NCBI GenBank assembly: GCA_964247135.1
Contig: CAXTTL010000001.1
Location: 37,887 to 101,886, forward strand
DNA length: 64,000 nucleotides
Direction: 5' to 3'
Source: an uncultured Deinococcales bacterium
Lineage (GTDB): Bacteria; Deinococcota; Deinococci; Deinococcales; JAAFIG01
Shown here: positions 54,416 through 63,740 of the stretch, piece after piece
Layout: each line of letters starts with the position of its first letter
Position numbering within the stretch: position 1 is the first letter of the stretch
Program-made: the position numbers and the translations under genes
Notes under the pieces: generated by a model
The model's input: only the letters and a program-made list of their open reading frames with translations
Databases searched by the model: none
What the model was told of the DNA's origin: nothing

Positions 54416-55300
54416 TTACACCTCGAGCATTTTTGGAACTTGTTCACGCAATCCTGGAAGCATGATCGTGTCCACGTACTCGCGGTCTTCGGCTCGAGCC
54501 GCCAAAAACGCCAAGTTGGTCAGCCATTCGGCAATCGTGAAGAACTTGCGTTTTTCCAGAAAGCCTTCTGGCAGGGGCAGCACCGTTTCGTAACCCGCCA
54601 AAAACGCAACTCGAGGATGATGCTCGAGATATCCGAAGGTGGTCGCAATATCGTAAGAGACAGGTCCAAAGCCGGAGCGCTCAAAGTCGATCATGGCAAC
54701 CTTCGCGCCCTGCCAGACCATGTTTCCTGGGTGCAAATCGGCATGAATCAAATCCCAAGGAATGTTTGGCTCGTTAAAAGCCTGCTTCGCGCTAGCCATG
54801 CTCTTTTCAAACAGCGGCATATCGGGTTGCAACCAGTCAATTTCACGTAACTCGAGCAAAGTATTCTCGAGATACTGGCTGTCGTACTGAAGGCGTTCAA
54901 ATCCTGCGGGCGGCTTGAATCCTCGAGCAACACTGTGAAAACGCGCCAGCAAGACGCCAACCGCCTCGGCTTGAATTTCGTTGATGGTCTCGAGCACCTC
55001 GCCGTCAATCCAGGAGAGCAACGAAAAACGCTGTGACTCGAGCGTTAAAATATAATTCCCAGCAGGCAAAGACACGGGGTGTTGAACCTCGAGTCCAGAT
55101 TGATGCAAATAATTCAGCAGCAGCATTTCAGACTCGAGCATGGCAAGGCTGCGCGACTCGGCGCGGTGCTGGCGCAACAAATAGCGTTGATTACTCGCAG
55201 TGGTTACCAGAACATTGGTGTTTTCGGTGTTGCCAAGCGGCACAAAACTGCTCGCGGAAATACCGTATTGCTCGAGGATGCCGCTCAGGTCAACCATCAA
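54416..55300 (-). CDS. Phosphotransferase (APH / homoserine kinase type II-like) family protein
   Basis: 294 aa. The catalytic loop is LIHADLHPGNMVW (HxDxxxxN) and the DFE motif is MIDFERSGFG. Confidence 0.75.
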   Translation of the reverse strand: MMVDLSGILEQYGISASSFVPLGNTENTNVLVTTASNQRYLLRQHRAESRSLAMLESEMLLLNYLHQSGLEVQHPVSLPAGNYILTLESQRFSLLSWIDGEVLETINEIQAEAVGVLLARFHSVARGFKPPAGFERLQYDSQYLENTLLELREIDWLQPDMPLFEKSMASAKQAFNEPNIPWDLIHADLHPGNMVWQGAKVAMIDFERSGFGPVSYDIATTFGYLEHHPRVAFLAGYETVLPLPEGFLEKRKFFTIAEWLTNLAFLAARAEDREYVDTIMLPGLREQVPKMLEV

Positions 55301-55303
55301 CGC

Positions 55304-55981
55304 TCACCGTGCCGCCCAGAGCATCCCGCGCCGCTCGATCTCTCGAGCTTCAAACACGTCAAAATCGCTGCGTACATGCCCGAGCGCACTGTAAAACACG
55401 CGCCCCAAACCCCAGCGTCGCCTCCAGACCACGGGCATGATGGTGTTTGCGATCCATTCACAGTGTTCACCGTTAAAGGTGGTCGTGGCGAGGACTTCGT
55501 TGCTCGGGTCAACGTGCATAAAATATTGCTCGGAGTGCATTACAAAATCATTTAACCCCGCCACAATCGGGTCGCTCGAGGTGATGTTGACGGTGTAATC
55601 GATGATATTGCCAGGGTGCGCCACCCATTGTCCGCCGACCATAAATTGGTATTCGGTGTTGTTGCGAAACGCGTCCGCCATGCCGCCGTGCCAACCGGCA
55701 AAACCCGTGCCCGCTTTGATGGTCTCGAGCAAGCCGCGTTCTTGCTCAGGCGTGATCGTGCTCATGGTGTAGACCTGCACGATCAAATCCTGCGCCTGCA
55801 TGAATTCAGTCTCGAGGTAGCTGTCGAGCGTGTCGGAGACCGTGACTTCAAAACCCTCCAACTCGAGGATTGGGGCGAACAGGTCAACACATTGTTTGGG
55901 TTCGTGACCCTCCCAACCGCCCCAGACGAACAACGCCCTCTTGGTTTTACCAGATTCTGTCATAAGGTCATCATAAGCCAA
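55304..55981 (-). CDS. ThuA domain-containing protein
   Basis: 225 aa. [13 protein letters not shown] and WHGGMADAF resemble the ThuA (trehalose utilisation) family. Confidence 0.6.
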   Translation of the reverse strand: MAYDDLMTESGKTKRALFVWGGWEGHEPKQCVDLFAPILELEGFEVTVSDTLDSYLETEFMQAQDLIVQVYTMSTITPEQERGLLETIKAGTGFAGWHGGMADAFRNNTEYQFMVGGQWVAHPGNIIDYTVNITSSDPIVAGLNDFVMHSEQYFMHVDPSNEVLATTTFNGEHCEWIANTIMPVVWRRRWGLGRVFYSALGHVRSDFDVFEAREIERRGMLWAAR

Positions 55982-55999
55982 TGTTGAGGCTCGAGAACT

Positions 56000-56575
56000 T
56001 CAGTCGTTCAGCACATTTTCGATGCGGCGATCAGGGATAAACCAGATGATCGAAACCGAGAGGTACAAACCCATCGAAATCCAGTGGTTAAAAAATGCCA
56101 TCGGAATGGCAATGATTAAAAACAGCAACGAGGTTTTGCCTTTTACATCGCTGCCGATGGCTTGCGCGAGTTTCGAGTTTGCGCCGTGAAAGTCGATCAA
56201 TGCCAGCGTCAAGATGGTGTAGGCGACGGCGCACATCAGCATCACCACACCGTAGACGGCGACTGGACGCGAGGCGAATCCAGTTTCGCCCATCCAATTC
56301 GTGACGAACGGAATCAAGGACATCCAAAACAGCAGGTGCATGTTCGCCCAAAGGATTTTGCCGTTGACTTTTTCGACGGCGTGCATGGTGTGATGATGGT
56401 TGTTCCAGTAAATACCAACAAAAATAAAGCTTATGACATAACTCAAGAACACTGGAATGAGCGGCTTGAGTGCTTCAAAATCCTCACCGTGCGGGATTTT
56501 TAACTCGAGCACCATGATGGTAATGATGATGGCAATAACGCCGTCGCTAAAGGCTTCCAGTCGTGTTTTGTTCAA
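56000..56575 (-). CDS. TMEM175/DUF1211 family membrane protein (putative K+ channel)
   Basis: The signature RLEAFSDGVIAIIITIMVLEL is followed by six TM segments. I preferred the TTG start at 56575 (MNKTRLEAFSDG). The track ORF extends to 56965 across the divergent M42 gene start, which is implausible. Confidence 0.7.
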   Translation of the reverse strand: MNKTRLEAFSDGVIAIIITIMVLELKIPHGEDFEALKPLIPVFLSYVISFIFVGIYWNNHHHTMHAVEKVNGKILWANMHLLFWMSLIPFVTNWMGETGFASRPVAVYGVVMLMCAVAYTILTLALIDFHGANSKLAQAIGSDVKGKTSLLFLIIAIPMAFFNHWISMGLYLSVSIIWFIPDRRIENVLND

Positions 56576-56708
56576 AGCCGTACCCCCAGTTGAAATGCCA
56601 TATCTTAACGCCGCCTGGCGCTGTGGATGAACGCTCAAACTGCATTCGGGTCCAATTGTCACAAGATTGTCGTGATACTCGAGGTTTGCTGGCTGCATTC
56701 GCAGTATC

Positions 56709-57764
56709 ATGAGGGCAATGAACATTCCATTGTTAAAAGTGTTGTCCGAAGTGACTGGTGTTCCTGGGCGCGAAGAGCGCGTGCGTGAGATCGTCAGGCT
56801 CGAGTTAAAAGGGCTTGTGGACGAAATCCGCGAAGATGCGCTCGGCAATTTGATTGCGCTAAAACGCGCCACCGTCAAACCCAAGAAAAACTCGAGCGCC
56901 CGCAAGGTCATGCTCTCGGCACACATGGACGAAATTGGCTTTATGGTGAAATATATTGACGACAAAGGTTTCTTGCGGGTGCAACAGCTCGGTGGTTTTG
57001 ACGCCCGAAATTTGTTCGCCCGTCAGGTGGTGGTCTGCGCCAAAGACGGTGACCTGCCGGGTATTTTGCAACCCAGCGGTCGCCCCATTCACATCTCGAG
57101 CCTTGAAGACCGCGCCAAAAACCCCGAGATCAAACAATTTTTTGTGGACACCGGTTTAAGCGCCAGTGAGGTCAAGCAAAAGGTTCGGATCGGTGATCCA
57201 GTGGGCTTGACCCAAACCTTCCGCGAGGTCGGGGCTTATGTTGCGGGCAAATGCCTCGATGATCGAATTTGGGTGTTTGTGCTGCTCGAGACTTTAAAAG
57301 CCTTGAAGGGCAAGCAACACAAGGACGACATTTACGCGGTCTTCAGCGTCCAAGAAGAAATTGGCTTGCGCGGTGCGGTGGTCGCGGCTTACGGCATCGA
57401 ACCCGACATCGGTATTGGACTGGACACCACGCTGGCGGTGGACATCCCGGGCGTCGAAAAAGATGAATCGGTGACCGTGACCGGCAACGGTGTTGGGATC
57501 AAAGTCTTTGACTCGAGCATGGTGGCAACACATTGGTTGGTCGAAGAATTTGCCGATCTTGCCGACCAGAAAAAAATAAAGTACCAACTCGAGGTATTGC
57601 CGCTCGGCGGTACGGACGCGGGTGCGATTCAACGGAGTCGTTCGGGTACGGCAAGCATCACGTTGTCCTTGCCGAGCCGTTACGTCCATACGGTGCAAGA
57701 GACGGTTCACAAAGATGATCTGGATGCGGCGTTGAAGCTGTTGACCGCATGGCTGGTTCAATAG
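56709..57764 (+). CDS. M42 family metallopeptidase (glutamyl aminopeptidase/FrvX-like)
   Basis: 351 aa with LLKVLSEVTGVPGREERVREIV, SAHMDEIGFMVKYIDDKGFLRVQQLGG and VQEEIGLRGA. The start is either 56709 or 56718. Confidence 0.8.
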   Translation: MRAMNIPLLKVLSEVTGVPGREERVREIVRLELKGLVDEIREDALGNLIALKRATVKPKKNSSARKVMLSAHMDEIGFMVKYIDDKGFLRVQQLGGFDARNLFARQVVVCAKDGDLPGILQPSGRPIHISSLEDRAKNPEIKQFFVDTGLSASEVKQKVRIGDPVGLTQTFREVGAYVAGKCLDDRIWVFVLLETLKALKGKQHKDDIYAVFSVQEEIGLRGAVVAAYGIEPDIGIGLDTTLAVDIPGVEKDESVTVTGNGVGIKVFDSSMVATHWLVEEFADLADQKKIKYQLEVLPLGGTDAGAIQRSRSGTASITLSLPSRYVHTVQETVHKDDLDAALKLLTAWLVQ

Positions 57765-57766
57765 AT

Positions 57767-58078
57767 TTAAGGCGTTAAAGCCAAAGCCAAACGGGCGTAT
57801 TCTCGCAGTAAAGTTGTGGCTGGTTGAATCGCTTGGGCTTGCTCGAGATTTTGTTCGGGAAAATTGCGCGACAGCCGTAATCTGTGCTCCAAGACTGCCT
57901 CAGTGTTTTCATTGTCAAGCCATTTGCAAACACCGCCATCTCGAGAGACACCGAGTGACACGATGTAAAGCGTTACTGGCATCGGGTCTTTCGCGTCTTC
58001 ATCGCATTTTTGGCTGCTCGAGAATCGAGTGTTACGTTCTGCACGAAACATCATCCGCTCTTGACAGGCGACACCCAA
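57767..58078 (-). CDS. Hypothetical protein (weak call)
   Basis: This is a 103-aa ORF with no recognised family. It is retained only because no better-supported gene occupies this gap. Confidence 0.25.
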   Translation of the reverse strand: MGVACQERMMFRAERNTRFSSSQKCDEDAKDPMPVTLYIVSLGVSRDGGVCKWLDNENTEAVLEHRLRLSRNFPEQNLEQAQAIQPATTLLREYARLALALTP

Positions 58079-58239
58079 TAGGTAGTATTATTTCTTCATA
58101 GATGCACTAGATATGGGAATACGCCGAGGGCATTCCAAAGTCATCTCGCGGAGATCACGATGCTCGAGAAACCGATCAAAACCGCTCGAAACATCGTCCA
58201 CAACACCTTGCGCCTTCAAAAATAATTCCCACGGTACCC

Positions 58240-58265
58240 GCGCCGTATAACGGTGCTTTTTTATT
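58240..58265 (+). terminator. Terminator-like hairpin + T-tract inside the nrdJ 5' leader (possible attenuator)
   Basis: The hairpin GCGCCGT-ATA-ACGGTGC has a 7-bp stem with one G-U pair and is followed by TTTTTTATT. It lies 66 nt upstream of ATG 58331, and there is no upstream plus-strand gene for it to terminate. Confidence 0.35.
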
Positions 58266-58330
58266 GTCGCGCCATCAACACCAAACGATTCAGACGCCAT
58301 GATCGGCGTGCCAACCACAAGGGGAGAACC

Positions 58331-61300
58331 ATGACACTATCGCTCGAACCACAAACCGCCTACCACTTCGACGACCACGCGCAATCAATGGCAAAACGCC
58401 AATACATGTTCGAGTCGGACAAAGACGTGTTCGGCATGTTCCGCCGCGTTGCCGACTGGGTGGCGGGCGGCGAAAAATCGAGCGAATTGCGCGCAAAATG
58501 GGGCGCACAATTTTACGACCTGATGGCGAGCAAGCGCTTCTGCCCAGGCGGACGCGTGCTGGCGGGCGCCGGCACACAACACGGCAATGTCTTAAACTGC
58601 TTTGTCCAGGGCGCAACCGATCACGACCCCTCGAGCTTTGAGGGCGTGATGGAGGTTGCCAAAAAACTTGCGCTGGTCACCAAAGTCGGCGGCGGCAACG
58701 GCGTGAACCTCGACGTCTATGCCCCTCGAGCCGCCAGCAGTCGCCGTGACGCAGGGGTGCGCGGTTGGGCGTACATGAGCGCCAGCCACCTCGATGTCGA
58801 AGATTTTATCAAAGGCTTGATGCGCCCACCGACCCAACCCGACGGGGCGAAACAACCGACCACCGTGCGCAACTGGACCAAAGCGATTTACGGCGTGGTC
58901 GGTCCAGCCATCTCGAGCCTGGCGCGTCAATACGGCGTGACGATTGTGCCAGAATTGCCTGAAGGCGTCGAGGTGATCCGCGACGACATGGGCGGCATCA
59001 TCGACGCCGCCAGAATTGTTGCCGAACAAGCCAAAATGAACCTCGAGCCTCGGATTGATCTGACGGGCTTGCGAGCCGAAGGCGCAGAAATCAAAGGTTC
59101 TGGCGGAAGCTCGAGCGGACCGGTGTCGTTCCTGTTCGAGATTTTTGACAACTTCCTCGAGTGGGCGAACTTGGGCGCGGAAACCTCGGGACCCGTGAAC
59201 ACTTTGCGTTACTGTTATGCACCAGTATTGCGTGTGGTACGTCAGGGTGGTTGCCTCCATCCCGACACGCTGGTTCACACCTCGAGGGGTACATTGCGCC
59301 TTCGTGAACTGGTGGGCGGCTACCAATTCGGGCATCAACAACATCAACTTCAAGTTGCCACCGACCAAGGCTGGAAAGACAGCTTGGAAGGCTTTAACAA
59401 CGGCATTGCCAACACCCTCAAAATTACTCTCGAGAATGGTTTCGAGCTTCAAGGCACACCCAACCACAAACTCAAAGTCATGCGCGAAAACGGCAAACGC
59501 GAATGGCTGCGCTTTGACGAACTCCAAGCAAACGATTTTGTCATCCAAGTGCTCGACCAACACACGGGCAGCCCTGTGCAACTCGAGCCACCCAGCGAAC
59601 AGCATTTCAATGCCACGCCGATCACCACAACCGACACCCTAACCGAAGACCTTGCATTTTTCTTGGGCTACTTCTGGGGCGATGGTTTTGTCAGCACAGG
59701 CGGACGCATTGGTTTGTGCGCCTCGCACGATAGTGTCATGATGCAACGCGCCCCAGCAATGTTTCAGGAATTGTTCGGTTTGAATGTCAGTTTGCAACAA
59801 AAACCCAACGACAAAAGCGCTGTGTTTGTCGTCAAAAGCGCGGTACTGACCAACTGGTTAAGTCAAAACGGCTTGTTGAAAACCAAAGCTGCCGACCTCG
59901 AGTTACCCCGTGCGATACGTCAAGCGCCACGTCATGTTTTGGCTGCATTCTTGCGCGGTTTGTTCGAGGCTGACGGCGGAGTGAGCGAACACTACCCATA
60001 CCTTTCGAGCGCCTCCAAGCAACTTGTGCAAGATGTTGCGGTCATGCTCGGCGGATTGGGCATTCCGACCCGCATTGCGACTTACGCCCCAAGGGAAGAC
60101 CGTTACTCTCAAAGCGAACACTACCGTTTGCGGGTCGAAACTAGCCTCGGCTTGAAGAACTTCCTCGAGCGCGTCAACTGTATTGAAGGCTCGAGGTTTG
60201 AAACATTGAGAACTTTTACACCCGATGACACTCGAGCCTCGAGTTGGGAATTGCCACACGCCTCGGCACTGCTCGAGCCTGTGTTCAACAACCTTCCAGC
60301 AGGTCGAAAAAATTATCCTTCTGAATTTACCCAGACCCGCAAAACCCTCTCGAGGTACATTCGCGGTGAGCGCTCACTGACCATGACAGGCATGGCTCGT
60401 CTTGCGCAAAATGCCCAGATTGCCGAAATGCTGCCCGAAGTCAGCTTTGATGAATACTTTGTCCCCGTCAAATCTATTGAAGTGGGCGGACGCATTTTGA
60501 CGCTCGATATCAGCGTAAACGAAAACCACACTTACCTGGCAAACGGGATGGTCAGTCACAACACGCGTCGCGGCGCTGGGATGGCAACCATCAGCATCGA
60601 TCACGCCGACGTTCTGGATTTTCTGACCGCCAAAGACCTTGACCGCGAAAGCGCTGAGGGCGACATTTCAACCTTCAACATCTCGATTCTGGCAACCGAG
60701 CGCTTCATTCAAACCCTCGAGAAAGACGGACTCTGGAACATCACACCGCTTGAGGTCAGCGCCAAATACCACATCGTTAAACTCGAGGGCGAATACAAGG
60801 GCAAGATTCCAACGCTCGAAACTCGGGTGTTGGACGGCGCGAAAGGCGTGCCATTGTACGCGGGAGGTGTTCCCGCCCGTTGGTTGTGGCGCGAGATTGC
60901 CACGCACGCCTGGAGTACGGGCGAACCAGGCTTGATTTTCAATGACCGCATCAACGAATTCAGTGCGCTGAAAAACCTTGGTGAACGTTATCAAATTAAG
61001 AGTACAAATCCTTGCGTGACTGCTGACACTTGGGTGATGACTCGTACAGGTGCGCAACAAGTTCAAAACCTTATTGGCAAGGACTTTTGTGCAGTTGTGG
61101 ACGGAGAAATCTACCAAGCCGCAGGCGGATTCTGGTTGACTGGTGTTAAACCAGTCTTAAAACTTCGCACCAAGCGGGGTTACGAATTGCGTTTGACGGG
61201 CAATCATCAACTGTTACAAGTCACAAAACAAACTCGAGACAACCAAGAAACAATGTGGACAGAAACGCAAAATTTGAAGATCGGTGACAGCATAAAACTC

Positions 61301-63706
61301 AACGATCATCGCAATTTGGCATTCTGGAGCGGACGTGGCAATCAGGCTGAAGGGTGGTTGCTTGGCAACTTGATCGGTGATGGTACGTTCTTAATAGACA
61401 AAGCCCGTCCAATGGCAGCACTGGATTACTGGGGTGATGCTCGAGTCGAGAATCTAGCTCGAGCCAAGAAAATGCTCCAACGCTTGTCCGCAACAGCAAA
61501 ACTTTGGCACAGCGAAAATGAAACCCACAATCGCAGCCGTCTGAGTAGCGAGGCACTTGCAACCCTAGCCGAAAAATACGGGGTGAAACACGGTCACAAG
61601 ACCATCACTGATGAGATCGAACAAGGCAATACCCGTTTTTATCAAGGCTTTTTGCAAGGATTGTTTGATGCCGACGGCAGTGTTCAAGGCACACAGCAAA
61701 AAGGGGTCAGTGTGCGTCTGGCACAAAGTAACCTCGAGTTGTTGCGCCGTGTGCAGCGCATGTTGTCACGTTTGGGTATTCTCTCGAGTATCTTTGAGAA
61801 CCGTCGTAATCAACACAACAAATTCATGCCAGATGGACGCGGTGGACAAAAAGAGTACACCGTACAAGCCCAGCACGAATTGATTATCACTGGCAGCAAC
61901 TTACAAGTATTCCTCGAGCGTATAGGGTTTAGCGAAACAGCCAAACAAACCACATTGACCAAGCTTCTCGAGTCTTATCAACGCCGTTTAAACCGCGAGC
62001 GTTTCGCTGACCAGGTTGTGAGTATCGAACTTGACGGCGAAGAGGCTGTATACGACGTTACAGTGGATAGCATCCATGCTTTTGATGCAAATTGTATCTT
62101 GGCTCACAATTGTGGCGAGATTCCGTTGACGGTAGGCGAACCGTGCGATTTAGGCGCAATCAACCTCGCCGCATACGTCGAAAAAGGCACATTCAACTTC
62201 AAAAAATTCCGTTCCGACGTGCGCGACTGCACCCGCTTCCTCGACGACGTGCTCGAGGTCAACAAGTTCGCCCTCGAGGACAACCGCATTGCCAGCCAGG
62301 ACTTGCGCCGTCTTGGGTTGGGCGTGATGGGACTTGCCGATGCCTTGATTTTGATGGGCTTGCGTTACGACCGCCAGGACGGGCGCGATATGATCGACCA
62401 GATCATGAGCACCATGCGCGAGGAAGCCGTGCGTGAATCCGAAAACCTGGGTCTCGAGCGTGGTGTCTATCCAGTCTTCGAGCGGTATCAAGACAAAATT
62501 CCCCACGCGCCGCGCCGCAACGTTGCGGTCTTGACGGTCGCCCCAACAGGCACGACCAGCATGTTGATGGGCGTCTCGAGCGGCATCGAACCCGTGTTTT
62601 CGCCGTTCATTTGGCGCAAGATCGGCAGCGATTACAAAGCCTTGATCGCGCCACTGTTCCAAGAGTTGCTCGAGCAATTCCCAGCACACCCGCAGTACGC
62701 CAGGGACGGACGCTGGGATTGGGATAAAGTCACCGAAGCCCTTGGCGGCAATCACGGCTCTTGCGTCGGACTGGATTTTGTACCGCAAGTGGTGCAAGAC
62801 GTGTTCGTTTGCGCCCACGACATCGCGCCGCTCGACCATGTGCGGATGCAAGGCACGGTGCAAAAAGCCTTTGACCGCGAAGGATTCGCCGCGAACAGCC
62901 TCTCGAAAACCATCAATCTGCCCAACAGTGCCACCGTCGAAGAAATCGAGGCGGCGTATCTCGAGGCGTACAAAACGGGTTGCAAAGGGATTACGGTCTA
63001 CCGCGACGGCAGCCGTCAATTTCAGGTGTTAAGCGTCAGCAAAGACGAGAAAAAAGAGGAAGTTAAAGAGACCAAGCTCGAGTTGAAACCAGAATTGACC
63101 GAATCGAGCGACAACCACACCTGGCAAGCCTCGCCCAAATTTCAACCAGGCAAACCAATTCTCGAGCGACCAACGCGGTTGACGGGCGTGACCGACATGG
63201 TGAAACTGACCGACTTGGGCGCGGGGTCAAAACGCACGTTCTTGATTACCACCAACACGCTCGAGGGCAAACCGATGGAAGTCGTGGTCGTCTCGGGACG
63301 TGCAGGAGACGAGGCGAACGCGGACTCCGAAGCTTTGGGGCGCGTGGTTAGCATTGCGCTGCAATACGGTGTGCCAGCCGAAGCGATTCAGAAGACTTTG
63401 CGCGGCATCAACGGCGGGTTGTACGGGAGTTACAACGGGCGCTTGGTCGCCAGCAAAGCAGACCTGATTGCGGTGGCGCTCGAGAGTACCAGCAGCACGG
63501 GCGGCGTGAAGCCAGCCGAGCAACCACTCCTCTACCCGATTCTGGAAGGTGCAGCACCAGAAAACTCGAGCGACACGCCACTTTTCAGGAATGTGAAAGC
63601 GGTGGAAATGAAAGGCGAGAAATGCCCGAGTTGCTCGAGTCCGAACTTGGTGCGGGAAGAGGGATGCTTGAAATGCCAGAGTTGCGGATACAGCAAGTGC
63701 GGGTGA
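58331..63706 (+). CDS. nrdJ: Class II (adenosylcobalamin-dependent) ribonucleotide reductase NrdJ, interrupted by two inteins
   Basis: The start is ATG 58331 (AAGGGGAGA RBS). The extein blocks are AKRQYMFE...FCPGGRVLAGAG, RQGG|TRRGAGM, STNP|CGEIPL (active-site NPCGE), VAPTGTTS, a TSCPD-like region (MEVVVVSGRAGDEANADSEALGRVVSIALQYGVPAEAI) and a C-terminal Cys4 finger (CPSCSS...CLKCQSCG). The precursor is 1791 aa and the spliced product is 988 aa. Confidence 0.9.
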   Translation: MTLSLEPQTAYHFDDHAQSMAKRQYMFESDKDVFGMFRRVADWVAGGEKSSELRAKWGAQFYDLMASKRFCPGGRVLAGAGTQHGNVLNCFVQGATDHDPSSFEGVMEVAKKLALVTKVGGGNGVNLDVYAPRAASSRRDAGVRGWAYMSASHLDVEDFIKGLMRPPTQPDGAKQPTTVRNWTKAIYGVVGPAISSLARQYGVTIVPELPEGVEVIRDDMGGIIDAARIVAEQAKMNLEPRIDLTGLRAEGAEIKGSGGSSSGPVSFLFEIFDNFLEWANLGAETSGPVNTLRYCYAPVLRVVRQGGCLHPDTLVHTSRGTLRLRELVGGYQFGHQQHQLQVATDQGWKDSLEGFNNGIANTLKITLENGFELQGTPNHKLKVMRENGKREWLRFDELQANDFVIQVLDQHTGSPVQLEPPSEQHFNATPITTTDTLTEDLAFFLGYFWGDGFVSTGGRIGLCASHDSVMMQRAPAMFQELFGLNVSLQQKPNDKSAVFVVKSAVLTNWLSQNGLLKTKAADLELPRAIRQAPRHVLAAFLRGLFEADGGVSEHYPYLSSASKQLVQDVAVMLGGLGIPTRIATYAPREDRYSQSEHYRLRVETSLGLKNFLERVNCIEGSRFETLRTFTPDDTRASSWELPHASALLEPVFNNLPAGRKNYPSEFTQTRKTLSRYIRGERSLTMTGMARLAQNAQIAEMLPEVSFDEYFVPVKSIEVGGRILTLDISVNENHTYLANGMVSHNTRRGAGMATISIDHADVLDFLTAKDLDRESAEGDISTFNISILATERFIQTLEKDGLWNITPLEVSAKYHIVKLEGEYKGKIPTLETRVLDGAKGVPLYAGGVPARWLWREIATHAWSTGEPGLIFNDRINEFSALKNLGERYQIKSTNPCVTADTWVMTRTGAQQVQNLIGKDFCAVVDGEIYQAAGGFWLTGVKPVLKLRTKRGYELRLTGNHQLLQVTKQTRDNQETMWTETQNLKIGDSIKLNDHRNLAFWSGRGNQAEGWLLGNLIGDGTFLIDKARPMAALDYWGDARVENLARAKKMLQRLSATAKLWHSENETHNRSRLSSEALATLAEKYGVKHGHKTITDEIEQGNTRFYQGFLQGLFDADGSVQGTQQKGVSVRLAQSNLELLRRVQRMLSRLGILSSIFENRRNQHNKFMPDGRGGQKEYTVQAQHELIITGSNLQVFLERIGFSETAKQTTLTKLLESYQRRLNRERFADQVVSIELDGEEAVYDVTVDSIHAFDANCILAHNCGEIPLTVGEPCDLGAINLAAYVEKGTFNFKKFRSDVRDCTRFLDDVLEVNKFALEDNRIASQDLRRLGLGVMGLADALILMGLRYDRQDGRDMIDQIMSTMREEAVRESENLGLERGVYPVFERYQDKIPHAPRRNVAVLTVAPTGTTSMLMGVSSGIEPVFSPFIWRKIGSDYKALIAPLFQELLEQFPAHPQYARDGRWDWDKVTEALGGNHGSCVGLDFVPQVVQDVFVCAHDIAPLDHVRMQGTVQKAFDREGFAANSLSKTINLPNSATVEEIEAAYLEAYKTGCKGITVYRDGSRQFQVLSVSKDEKKEEVKETKLELKPELTESSDNHTWQASPKFQPGKPILERPTRLTGVTDMVKLTDLGAGSKRTFLITTNTLEGKPMEVVVVSGRAGDEANADSEALGRVVSIALQYGVPAEAIQKTLRGINGGLYGSYNGRLVASKADLIAVALESTSSTGGVKPAEQPLLYPILEGAAPENSSDTPLFRNVKAVEMKGEKCPSCSSPNLVREEGCLKCQSCGYSKCG
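59252..60562 (+). mobile_element. NrdJ intein 1 (437 aa, LAGLIDADG homing-endonuclease type), inserted in the GG/TRRGA motif
   Basis: Block A is CLHPDTLVHT. Block B is ELQGTPNHKLKV. The LAGLIDADG motifs are LAFFLGYFWGDGFV and LAAFLRGLFEADGGV. Blocks F/G are ILTLDISVNENHTYLANGMVSHN, followed by Thr at +1. Confidence 0.85.
61013..62110 (+). mobile_element. NrdJ intein 2 (366 aa, LAGLIDADG type), inserted immediately before the catalytic Cys of NPCGE
   Basis: Block A is CVTADTWVMT. Block B is ELRLTGNHQLLQV. The LAGLIDADG motifs are WLLGNLIGDGTF and FLQGLFDADGSV. Blocks F/G are AVYDVTVDSIHAFDANCILAHN, followed by Cys at +1 (CGEIPL). Confidence 0.85.
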
Positions 63707-63740
63707 AATGAACATGCCCGCTCGAGTATCCCGATAATTT

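Noticed and set aside
56576-56965. A long N-terminal extension of the DUF1211/TMEM175 ORF.
   Set aside because: It would overlap the divergent M42 peptidase start and encodes Ser-rich low-complexity sequence. The family normally starts just before RLEAFSDG.
58080-58330. A cobalamin riboswitch upstream of the B12-dependent RNR.
   Set aside because: I could not find a B12-box-like element or the conserved GCCACTG-type core. Cobalamin riboswitches normally repress B12-independent isozymes rather than nrdJ.
58592-59605. A 337-aa minus-strand ORF inside nrdJ. The ORFs at 62150..63019 and 63227..63931 are similar cases.
   Set aside because: All are antisense to an unambiguous nrdJ reading frame and have no recognisable domains.
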